From NCBI GenBank assembly GCA_051294375.1, contig CM119265.1, forward strand, positions 25,218,139-25,282,138: a DNA stretch of 64,000 bases, in the 5' to 3' direction. A model generated the notes under the pieces. The model had not been told where the DNA came from and made no database searches. It saw only the letters and a list, made by a program, of their open reading frames with translations. How positions within the stretch are numbered: the first letter of the stretch is position 1; every line of letters starts with the position of its first letter. The position numbers were made by a program, and so were the translations under genes. The stretch comes from Paraspadella gotoi (lineage: Eukaryota; Animalia; Chaetognatha). Below, piece by piece: positions 15,586-47,229 of this stretch.

Positions 15586-16184
15586 TTCTTTCTCGGTATT
15601 TTCTTTTTCATACATTTGTTTTATTATTTTTTTCCATGTCAATTTATTGATCTATACGTTTATTAGTCCACCTGTCGGTGTGTCTATCTAACTATTCATC
15701 TAACTGTCTCTGGGTGCTTGTCTCTTTATCTGTCGATCCATCTATCTTCAGGTCGGCCAATCGGATCCCGAGCTTCTTCTAGCGCATCACAGCACCAGAT
15801 ATCTCGGAGATCTTTGCGCCTCGTGAGCGATTGATTGATTGATTTGATTTGTTTGATTTAATTGATTTAATTGATTTGATTGATTTGATTGATATAATTG
15901 ATTTGATTGATTCGTTTGATTTGATAGATTTGATTGATTCGATTGATTTGATTGATTGATTAAATTTCCACTCCACAGAGAGGTCATGCGAGACAAGACG
16001 AAACAGTTCTTCAGTCTTGACGGAGATCTCGGGCTCAACTTTTACAAATTCGACTCGATTAGCGATTTCAAAGATTTTCGCAAGAATTACTTCGAGGCGG
16101 TCGGGGCACTGGACACGTCGGCGGAGTTAAGGGCGAGAGTCTCCAAAGAGGCCAGGTAGATGAGAGAGAGAGAGGAGAGGAGAG

Positions 16185-16269
<85 letters not shown>

Positions 16270-17454
16270 AAGCAAGCAACAAGCGGGAAACTATGTTACG
16301 ATGAAATTAGTGCAATAATTACAATACAAAATACATAATAAATATACATAATAGATAATACATTTAAAAAAATAAAATATCTTGCTGTCTTTAAACTGGT
16401 TAAGGCTTCCATCCCTACTATACTATCGTAGTATCTCACATATGACATGTCATATGAATATATTCATTTTGCACAGGCTCGTCTATCAACTCAACATGAA
16501 TCTCTACTGGGAAATTCGAGGTTTCATGATGAATCGGGAAGAGGGAAGAGTTTTTTCCCTCGATGGCAAATATGGAAGGTGAATTATGGCCTCAACTTTT
16601 TGTTTTGTAAAGTTGTAAAGTCGGCAATGTTCGCTTCGATGAGTCATTCGTTAAATGTGACGAATCGTCAAAATTTGAATCCGATTCACACCTCTGACCA
16701 TCGGATCGAAATACGACTTAACGGTGTCACCTGCCCTTTTCCCAGATTGTCCAGCGGCGCCGGCAGCAAAAGCCGGATTGCGGACGCCGCAATCACCGCC
16801 AACGACGCCAACGCCGCCGCCAACGCCACCAGTGACGCCGCGGCGAAAATTCGAAATAGCGAAACGGAGGAAAACATAAACAAAACCGATGGAAAGTGAG
16901 GAATTTTGAAATTAGAGGGGAAAGAGTAAAAGGGGATATGAGTCAAAGATAGTCAATTTGTGCAACCATTTCAACCATCCTGTTACTGACTTCAAACGGG
17001 GTACGATGGTTTAAGGACTGCATCCCTCTGCAGGACAATGCAAGCTTTTTGTAAAGACTCACACAATCTACTTCATTACCTGGCAACCTTGTCAATGAAG
17101 TGGTATAAAGTTTTTATAAACCGTTTCGAATTAGTAAAAAAGGCCACTCCTTTTAAAAAGAGAGATTTAAACAATACTGTCCATTCTTTTCATTACACCA
17201 CGCCGTACCGCCCTTTTTTTTTTAAATTTAGCATTAGGATACTGCATTGTCCTATTTCCTTTTCATTACCCCACGCTGAACACCCCCCCACTCCCCCAAC
17301 CGTTGCTCTTTTTTTTTCATCGTTCAGCGACTCCCCACAGTGCGCCAGTCCGCCGCTGTTCGCGTTTAGCCTTCTCTTCTGGGTCGGCATCTGGCTCTTG
17401 GCGGGATTCGTACTTTATTCGTTTCGCGGGGAGAAGACCGATAGCGATCGATGA
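14278..17454 (+). CDS. HMOX: Heme oxygenase-family protein, divergent, with C-terminal membrane anchor (8 exons, 330 aa)
   Basis: GT-AG exons with consistent phases: 14278-14458, 14628-14706, 15398-15503, 15752-15822, 15979-16155, 16477-16578, 16746-16895, 17328-17454 (993 nt). Spliced protein contains [68 protein letters not shown] and RVSKEARLVYQLN. These parallel HO-1 [53 protein letters not shown] and EEAKTAFLLN. Ends in a hydrophobic tail LFAFSLLFWVGIWLLAGFVLYSF. The start codon could lie further upstream. Confidence 0.92.
15045..15256. mobile_element. Interspersed repeat family B (~210 bp), in heme oxygenase intron 2
   Basis: gagtcttgattgaaagcttgcagggacctgct...gtcagggtcaagatagcttatttattaaatgaa recurs at 31200-31388 (same orientation) and 7261-7440 (reverse), with partial copies at 14929-15000, 17040-17110, 39640-39690 and 47345-47440. 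Confidence 0.75.
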
Positions 17455-18044
17455 CAGAATCAAGAGTTGGATCTTGGGCGCCATCTTTAGAGCTTTGCCT
17501 CATCCTTTGCAAATCGCCGTCTTTCCAAATGAGACGCTGTTTAATCCGGAAGCGTGAGGCGTTGTATATTTTGGGTGTTGTTTTCCGAGGACGGAGGGGC
17601 GGGGTCGTTGTTTATACTTCTTTTTTACATTTTTTTTTCTTAGCAATTATTAAGCTAAGGGTTGTTTGATTGATCCTCATCTATTCTTCCGGGGAAAGAA
17701 AAAATGAATTAAGATGATCGGCCCGTAAGTCAATGAATATTAAATCTACTAATTAACGAATGAAATTGTGTATCATTGTGTATCATTCAATTTATTTTTT
17801 TGAAATATAATTGAGTTTTTTTTTTTGGCTTAAACTGCTCTTGGCAAAACCTTATTTTTTTTTACAAAAAAAGGCTTTTGAGATTTAGTTATTAGTTGTT
17901 TATATTTAGAAATATAGATAATTATATTTACCATTCGTGTTCGGTAATTGCCGGTTTGGGAGGCGAAGACGACGACAACAACGACAACGACGACAACGAC
18001 GAACTGCTTCTTAAATTGCGACCGATCGATCGAGATGAAGTTTA

Positions 18045-18078
<34 letters not shown>

Positions 18079-18352
18079 TCGACCGCACGAGCGAATGAGC
18101 TCTCTCCCTCCTCCCATCCTGGGATTTTCGATCCCGGCTTTCGCCAAGCCGTCTGCCCGCGATCCAAAGCCAGAAGCTCAGACTTCGCCGAACCGATTTC
18201 GGGTCTACCTTCTGCCGTTTGGGGTTATCCTTACGAGGCTAAGAAACCCAAGTTCAGTTGCGTGTATTCAAACAAATCGTGAACAAAACAAAACCAAACT
18301 TGAAACGAAAAAATATAAATAAAGACGAAGCGAAACGAGAAACGAATCGAAA

Positions 18353-37986
<19,634 letters not shown>

Positions 37987-39339
37987 AGTCTCTTGATTCA
38001 ATGTTTGTAAGAATTTATAATTTTACGATTTTTTAAATCAACTCAGATGCACTTTTGTTNNNNNNNNNNGAATTTTCTATCTGTGTTCACCTATATTCGT
38101 GGATTGTAAACAATAAACAGAAGAAGTAAATCTTTTTGTAATCTAGGTTTTAAGGTTGTTTTTTTTATTAAACCATTAGTTCGAACGAAGATCAAAAAAT
38201 GGCATTGGAATCGGCACAGATGTCTGGACGTTTAGCAGAATTCTCTGAACAAAAAAAAATTATAATACTGTTGCAGAAAATGTGAGAAAATTGGATTGGT
38301 ATGCTTTTTTAAAAAAAAGCCATACGTATTTATAAAATAAATATTTTGAGACAGCACTCGGCCAGGCCCTGTTTACTAAGAAAAGTATCTAATTAATGTT
38401 TTTTTAACCAACACTTTCTTGAGTTAACAGTTAATTTTTAGTATTTTTACCATTCTTTTTGTCATTTAAATATTGAAATGCGGCTTAAACCACGAATGAA
38501 ATAAGGTCTAGCATCATTCGAAAGGAAAGGGAGGAAAAGGTACAACCATAAAGCAGATTGAGTATTTGAAAGGGCAGAAGGTTTACGCTGGCAATCTTGT
38601 CAGTTCTCTCGAGACTGCGGGTTTCGTGTTTGTTGCAACAAAAAAAAAAAGGTTGCTGCGAAGATGCAACAAAAATTTTCGGAAGAAAGACGAGGGAAAT
38701 GTACAGAGGTTAAAAAAAAGAGGAATGGATTAAAGGCAAAGAAAATGTNNNNNNNNNNNNNNNNNNNNNNNNNCCTGTTTCTTGCCCTTCTCTGCCCTTT
38801 GTACTTAATTCTTTAACCCTTTACTTCTGTATTTTCTTTTTCCCTTTTTTTGATCTTTCTTGTCCCTCTTTTCTTTTTCTCTGCCTTTTCCATTCTCCTT
38901 CTCCAATTTTCTCCCTCTTTCCACTACACATATGTTTTCGCACGACCACAGTGTTCTTCTACTTAAGCAGACTTTATTTGTTTTTTTCTTTCCCTCGTCT
39001 TCTGGTAGCAATATACGGACATGTTGAGACGCTCTTTCATTCTTATAGCATTTGTAACAAGAGAGAAAACGATAGGTTCACGTTTACAATGTCACCTTAT
39101 CCTCATCTTTCCCCTGTCGGTATCGGGTTCGCCTGCAAGTGCTTTATCATGCTACTATATTCCACCTCCATTTTTCATCTTTATCTTTCTTCACACTTTA
39201 TTTCTCTTCTTTTACTATTTTCATTGCTTCATAACATTATTTCTCTCCTTTTTTTTCCGCTTTTTTCCCCCTCTTCTTCCTTCTCATAAAACATGTTTTC
39301 CGATCTCGCCGCCCACTAGCCCTTCCGTCACTCACCTTA

Positions 39340-40252
39340 CCCCCCGACGACATGTCCGCTGCACCCACGTGCCTCCTCCCAAATCCGACCGCGAATGTAT
39401 CCAAAGTTCAATGTCTGTCTACGAAGTCGCTCCGGAAGAGTCCAGGCCGATTGCACGTTGGACCCAAGCAGAGACCTCTATCTTCGGCATCTCAGCGAAA
39501 AACAAAAAGTCAGTTTTTTATTGTCGGGGGGCCGAATGCAAGTATGCAAGATCTTTATCAATTCAGAGTCCAGATGTGTCAAATGTGAATCGGGTAAATT
39601 GACTTAATAAGAAAACTAAAGAATTCTTTCGTAAGAGATTATGGAGGCCTTAAACCCACCAAGCCTGGTTAAAGGTCAGGGGAAGCTAGAAAGGATGAGC
39701 GTTACTTATGATTTGAAGTGAATAGGATATAGCCGAATTAGTGTATATTCGTACGGTACTCTAGTTTCTATAACTCAGTGTAAGCTCATGACAAGCCAAT
39801 TTAAGGATCCTCTTGCGCGCAGCAAGAGACTGTCAGAGGATCAGGATGAACTACTGGTTAGATGTCGATGGGTAAGGAAAACACTGACAGTGTCGAGGAG
39901 TGCAGCCGCCGCTGTGGAGAGTCGGACGAGTCTCTCCTCGCTGGCGATTGTGGCGAACTTTGGTCGACCCTGGTATAAGAGTTCGCTCGGGTGGCGTGCA
40001 TCTGATGTGATGATGAAGGTCTGGGTCTCTCTCTCTCTCGGGTCTCGATTCTCTTCTCGTTAATGCTCTCACCGAATCTCGTCTCCTCGTTGCTCTATCT
40101 CCCAAGTTACTCCGCCGCTCATATGACGGAGGCATCGATCAAATCCACTGTGTATTCCCTTTATTTCCTCCGCCCAACAACACCTTGAAAGACACTGTGT
40201 CGTGCTTCAAAGGATCAAAGCCTCTTTTAAATTCGTCCCAACTCTTGAATAA
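39340..40252 (+). pseudogene. Degenerate inverted copy of the last exons of the B3GALT-like gene (real pseudogene fragment or error-laden assembly copy)
   Basis: 39395-39510 reads SVYEVAPE...AETSIFGISAKNKK against SVYEIASG...AETSIFGHLTKNKK at 47687-47549. 40107-40252 matches the reverse complement of ~47010-47161 with indels. Confidence 0.7.
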
Positions 40253-41057
40253 ATCTCGACGTATACGGGACGGATGGACAGACGGACGCGAGATATTTCA
40301 GCCTCGTTTCGTCCACTGACACGTCGAAGCGATCTTCACTCACTCCCGTCCACATGAAGGGGGGGGAGAAAAGGACTACAAAATTCCCCTCCGTCATCCT
40401 TCCCCCGCCATCCGCCTTCCTCCTCCTTTTCTTCGATTGTCACCGATAGCAAAAACCGTAGATGTATTACATTTTTTTAAATTTTAACATCCGACGCCTT
40501 AAAAAACGATTTCGTTGTTTAGGTCTGTTTTAGAACAAATGTTCGTTTTGTTTTTCTATCCATTACATGACCAACTCCCCCCCCCCCGGTTCATTCCCCC
40601 CCCCATTTCGTCTTTTCTTATTAAGATCCGTTCTTCAATTTTTTTTTTATTTCTTTCTATTTCATTTTGTCCTATTATGATTCATTCGGTTCCTATTTTC
40701 CGAGAGCGACCCATTTGTTTTCCTTCATCCAGGAATTTAATTTTAATCTTTAATTATTTATTTAAATATGTTTTTAAATGGGTAACTAAATCTTGACCTT
40801 AATCCATTACCCTAATCCTGAATCCTAACTTAATCCTTAATCCTTATACCTTAATCTTCAGATGAAATGGGGCGTTCTTGGAAAGTAAGGCTGCTCATTC
40901 TTTTATATTTGGTATTTCATTTATTGATTGATTCTCCCATATTTGATTTGTTCTCACGTTTGTTCTCCTCGTATTCTCCTACCATTTGACTTCCTCCTCC
41001 TTCTGTCTCTGACTGTCTCTTATTAGAGTCTTACTTTTCTTTTTAACCTTTCCCTCT

Positions 41058-41442
41058 TTTTAGTTGGCGGCCGCGAGTACTCGCGGAGCAACTGTAAAAG
41101 AAGCATTTTCGGTCGATCGGGTCCGTCGGTGTGTGCTGTCGTCGGTCTGTGCCCATTTGGCGTTAAAAATGTTTATAACTTGCATATAGTTGTTACTCAT
41201 GATCATGAATTGTCTAAAGAATGAAAATTCTCAATTAGTGACTACTAGCGCCGCCTTAAGGAAATGCTAAAACTATAGAAAATAAATCGGAATTCCGATG
41301 CAGGGCGTTCAAAAATACATGGGCTAAGAAAATTATTGTAGTCATGTCACGTCATGTCATTTCATGTGAATCATGTCATTCACGAAAATACACGTGATAA
41401 GGCAGTTACTGCAACACACATTTGAATTATACTTCTTGTTTT
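41058..41442 (+). mobile_element. Non-autonomous Helentron/DINE-like element (family C)
   Basis: T-run, palindrome ccgcgagtactcgcgg, degenerate (GTCY)n-like tract, (gtcat)n, end cttgtt. Related pieces at 1210-1353, 9060-9158, 28790-28877 and 54176-54378; mirror copy at 45815-46197. Class assignment is inferred from architecture. Confidence 0.55.
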
Positions 41443-44400
41443 TTCTAATCTTTTTCTCTCTTCTTTCTTTTTTCTTGAACCCAGTATCGGTCATTCTCTT
41501 TTCCTTGCTAATTCAACCAGTGGCATGTGTGATGGAGATTGCATATTAAGTTTAATATGTTGTGAAAAACAATTGGTAAATATTTTTAGTTAGAAGAATA
41601 TTGGTTGGTTGTTTTCACATTTCTACTCCTGAAAACTACCAGGTTAAAACTTTTAATTTGGCCTTTATATTAATTATGGACTAAAAATATTAACACATTA
41701 AATTAGTTTATTCAAAAGAGATCAATATTACTGCGAAATAGCAAATGATCGGCGGGGCCTAGTTTGTTTACTATTATTTATTTTTTTATAACTAATTTTA
41801 ATGTAAAATGTAAACAAGGCAAGAACAAAAAAACACTTATTTTTTATTACTAGATAACTTAAAATAAAAATAAATATATATAAGTGGAAAAATATATTCC
41901 AGCAAAATTGAATTATGCCGACCCAAGAGGTACGTGCTGCATTTCAAAATAAAAGAAGTAGTTTGCTATTTTTTTCTCTTTCTCTCTTCTCATTCTGATT
42001 TATGTTTTTGCCGAGATTTCCCGGCGTTTAAAATTTTGCGAAATTTTAATTTGGTTTCTCTTTTCACCCGCGGTTGCGACTTTTAAATCTTATCGTAGTA
42101 AACTTGTCCACGGTTCCTTTTACATAGATTTAATCGGCACCGAGTGCACAAGAATGAGATGTCATCATCGTCGTCCATCATCATCATCATCATCTCCATT
42201 CGTTCATTTATCTTCCAACGCTTTTCTCAATATTAATTCTCTTTAATCTGCGAGACTCAAATTATTCAATATTCATTCTAACCAAATCATTCATTTTCCT
42301 TTGAATCATTCGACCTACTCATTACCCAATAGAGTGGAGCATTTGAGAACAAAAAATTTGATTTGCAGTCAATTCAATAATACTTTTACGCGAGATGGTA
42401 TTATTATTAAAAACAAAATAATTTTGTTAATATTGTTTCGGAACCAGAAAAGCAAAATATAACACATTTATAGTATTATCTTATAAAATAAAAAAATTTC
42501 AAAATTTTTAAAAGTTTTTTATTAAAGATTCAAATTTTTTAAAAAAGTTAAACCAAAATCATAAACGTTATCATAAATTTTTTTGTCTTCAGTGTCAAAT
42601 TGGAAAAAAAGGTCAAAATTCTAACTTTTTAACTCTCTGTAGTAGAAACTATTATATGATAACCTTTTTCTCGTTTTTTCGCAGCTTTAATATTAAAAAT
42701 CATAAAACATAAATATTAATTTTTTTTATTTTTTATTTTATAAATCCGAAACTGTTCTTAAAATTAAAAAAAATATTATTTTAAAATTTTAATATTTTGT
42801 AAGGATATTGTTATAAGAAAAAATTCAATTTGCTTTACTGTTATGCTAAAAAAAATTTTTAAAGGGCATTGTTTTCTTTAATTACATATACGGAAGCACT
42901 CACTTAATCTTTCATCACTCCACCCTATACCAAATCATTCATCTTTTCATCACTCCACCCTTTATTCAAATCATTCATCCTACTCTAATCATTCATTCTC
43001 CCCTTTTCCCTCTCACAGGGAATCGCTTGTTATTTTCTTGTCAGTCGCTTTTCCTCACTTTTTCCTTTTTTCACAGTTTTTTTTTTTTTTCTTTGAGATA
43101 TTTCTCCCCCTCCTTTTTTTTCCTCTGCAATTCTCAGCATTTTTCATGTTATTCTTTTTGTCATCTCCCTTTTTTTTTCCTTTTTTTTTTGTCCTTCTTT
43201 CTCTTCCTTTTTCTTGCCCTTTAACTCCTCTTTCTTTTTTTTGTCCTTTTTTGCTCCCTTTCTTTTTTTTCTTTTTTCTCATTTCTTATTTTTCTCCCGC
43301 CATTTTTTTTCCTTTTCGCTTCTTGACAGTGAGAAACGAAGGGACGAATCTTGATCGCTCCGCCTCGATCCGCCTCGATCCCGGGACAGAAAATCTGCCA
43401 TGAGCTCTCGCGGGAATAAACTCTTTTCCTCCTTGCCCTTGCCCTTACCCCCCTTTCCTCCATCGCCCTTACCCCTCCGCCCCTTTCCTCCCTTGCCTTT
43501 ACCCCACCGCTCCCTTTTCGCATTGCCTACCCCCCGCCCATTTCCTCCCTTGCCTTACCGCCCTCCCCATTTCCCCTCCTTGCCTTGCCCACCCCCGCCC
43601 CCTTTTCCTCCATCACCCTTACCCCCCCGCCCCTTTTCCTCCATCTCTACCACGAGCGAAATAAATCTTTTTTTGTGTGATTCTTCTTCATAATTTATTC
43701 GTGATTATTTTTTATGGTCGAGTTATTTCTATTATTTTTTTTTGTTTTTTTGTTTTTTTTTTTAATTTTCAAAATATTTTCATACTTTTTCCTTTCCTTT
43801 TCTTCAACTTTATTTATTTTTTTCAAATTAACCTTTCTCCCGCGAGAGCTCATGGGCAGATTTTCTGTCCCCGGGATCGAGGCGGATCGAGGCGGAGCGA
43901 TCAAGATTCGTCCCTTCGTTTCTCACTGTCAAGAAGCGAAAAGGAAAAAAAATGGCGGCGAGAAAAATAAGAAATGAGAAAAAAGAAAAAAAAGAAAGGG
44001 AGCAAAAAAGGACAAAAAAAAGAAAGAGGAGTTAAAGGGCAAGAAATAAGGAAGAGAAAGAAGGACAAAAAAAAAAGGAAAAAAAAAGGGAGATGACAAA
44101 AAGAATAACATGAAAAATGCTGAGAATTGCAGAGGAAAAAAAAGGAGGGGGAGAAATATCTCAAAGAAAAAAAAAAAAACTGTGAAAAAAGGAAAAAGTG
44201 AGGAAAAGCGACTGACAAGAAAATAACAAGCGATTCCCTGTGAGAGGGAAAAGGGGAGAATGAATGATTAGAGTAGGATGAATGATTTGAATAATAGGGT
44301 GGAGTGATGAAAAGATGAATGATTTGGGTAATAGGGTGGAGTGATGAAAAGATTAAGTGAGTGCTTCCGTATATGTAATTAAAGAAAACAATGCCCTTTA

Positions 44401-47032
44401 AAAATTTTTTTTAGCATAACAGTAAAGCAAATTGAATTTTCTTTATAACAATATCCTTACAAAATATTAAAATTTTAAAATAATATTTTTTTTTAATTTT
44501 AAGAACAGTTTCGGATTTATAAAATAAAAAAAAAAAAATTAATAATTTATGTTTTATGATTTTTTAATGTTAAAGCTGCGAAAAACGAGAAAAACGGTTT
44601 ATCATATAATAGTTTCTACTACAGAGAGTTAAAAAGTTAAGAATTTTGACCTTTTTTTCCAATTTTGACACTGAAGACAAAAAATTTTATGATAACGTTT
44701 TATGATTTTGGTTTAACTTTTTATAAAAAATTTGAATCTTTAATAAAAACTTTTAAAAAATTTTGAAATTTTTTTATTTTATAAAGATAATACTATAAAT
44801 GTGTTATATTTTGCTTTTCTGTTCCCGAAACAATATTAACAAAATTATTTTTGTTTTTAATAATAATACCATCTCGCGTAAAAGTATTATTATGAATTGA
44901 CTCAAATCAAATTTTTTGTTCTCAAATGCTCCACTCTATTGGGTAATGAGTAGGTCGAATGATTCAAAAGGAAAATGAATGATTTGGTTAGAATGAATAT
45001 TGAATAATTTGAGTCTCGCAGATTAAAGAGAATTAATTATTGAGAAAAGCGTTGGAAGATAAATGAACGAATGGAGATGATGATGATGATGATGACGACG
45101 ATGATGACATCTCATTCTTGTGCACTCGGTGCCGATTAAATCTATGTAAAAAGGAACCGTGACAAGTTTACTACGATAAGATTTTAAAAGTCGCAACGCG
45201 GGTGAAAAGAGAAACCAAATTAAATTTCACAAATTTTAAAACCGCGGAAATCTCGGCAAAAAAACATAAATCAGGAAGTGAGAAAGAGAGAAAGAGAAAA
45301 AAATAGCAAACTTTACTTCTTTTTATTTTGAAATGCAGCCACGTACCTCTATTTGGGTCGGCATAATTCAATTTTTGCTGGAATATTTTTTCACTATATA
45401 TATTTATTTATAATTTAAGTTATCTAGTAATCAAAAATAAGTGTTTTTTGTTCTTCCATTGTTACATTTACATTAAATTTAGTTATGAAAAATAATAATA
45501 GTAAACAAAACTAGGGCCCCGCCGATCACTTGATTCGCAGTAATATATTTCTCTTTTTGAATAAAGTAATTTAATGTGTTAATATTTTAGCCATAAATTA
45601 AATATAAAGGCCAAATTAAAAGTTTAACTGTAGTTTTTCAGAGAGAAATGTGAAACAACCAACCAAATTCTTTAACTAAAATATTTACCAATTGTTTTCA
45701 AACATATTAAACTAATATGCAATCACACACAGCCACTGTTGAATTAGCAAGGAAAAGAGAATGACCGATACTGGGTTCAAGAAAAAAGAAAAGGAAGAGA
45801 GAAAAAGATTAGAAAAACAAGAACGGTAATTCAAATGTGTTGCAGTAACTGCCTTATCACGTGTATTTTTCGTGACATGACATGATATCACATGAAATGA
45901 CATGACGTGACATGACTACAATAATTTTCTTAGCCCATGTATTTTTGACACGCCCTGCATCGGAATTCCGACTTTATTTTCTATAGTTTTAGCATTTCCT
46001 TAAGGCGGCGCTAGTAGTCACTTAAATTTGAGGATTTTCCATTCTTAACAAATGATCATTGAGTAACCAACTATATGCAAGTTATAAACATTTTTAACGC
46101 AAATGGGACAGACCGACGGACAGACACACCGACGGACCGATCGACCGAAATGCTTCTTTTACAGTTGCTCCGCGAGTACTCGCGGCGCAACTAAAAAGAG
46201 GGAAAGGTTAAAAAGAAAAAGTAAGACTTAATAAGAGACAGTCAGAGACAGAAGGAAGGGAGGAAGTCAAATGGTAGGAGAATACGAGGAGACAAACGTG
46301 AGAACAAATCAAATATGGGAGAATCAATCAATAAATGAAATGACCAAATATAAAAGAATGAGCAGCCTTACTTTCCAAGAACGCCCCATTTCATCTGAAG
46401 ATTAATGATTAAAGATTAAGTTAGGATTCAGGATTAGGGTAATGGATTAAGGTCAAGGATTTAGTTACCCATTTAAAAACATATTTAAGTTAAATAATTA
46501 AAGATTAAAATTAAATTCCTGGATGAAGGAACAACAATGGGTCGCTCTCGGAAAATAGGAACGAATTGAATCATAATAGACAAAATGAAATAGAAAGAAA
46601 TAAAAAAAAATGAAGAACGAATCTTAATAGAAAAGACGAAATGGGGGGGGGAAATGAACCGGGGGGGGGGGAGTGGTCATGTAATGGATAGAAAAACAAA
46701 ACGAACATTTTGTTCTAAAAACAGACCTAAACAACGAAATCGTTTTTTAAGGCGTCGGGTTAAAATTTAAAAAAAATGAATACATCTACGGTTTTTGCTA
46801 TCGTGGTGAACAATCGAAGAAAAGAGGGAGGAAGGGCGATGGCGGGGGAAGGATTGACGGAGGGGGAATTTTGAGTCCTTTTCTCACGCAGGTATACCCC
46901 CCCCCTTCATGTGGACGGGGTGAGTGAAGATCGCTTCGACGTGTCAGTGGACGAAAACGAGGCTGAAATATCTCGCGTCCGTCTGTCCATCCGTCCGTAT
47001 ACGTCGAGATTTATTCAAGAGTTGGGACGAAT

Positions 47033-47167
47033 TTAAAAAGAGGCTTTGATCCTTTGAAGCACGACACAGTGTCTTTCAAGGTGTTGTTGGGCGGAAGGAA
47101 ATAAAGGGAATACACAGTGGATTTGATCGATGCCTCCCGTCGCTATGGAGCGGCGGAGTAACTGTGG

Positions 47168-47229
<62 letters not shown>

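Noticed and set aside
16477-16582. Heme oxygenase ending at the stop at 16582
   Set aside because: A donor at 16579 leads in phase through two more exons to the expected membrane anchor. A short soluble isoform is possible but unsupported.
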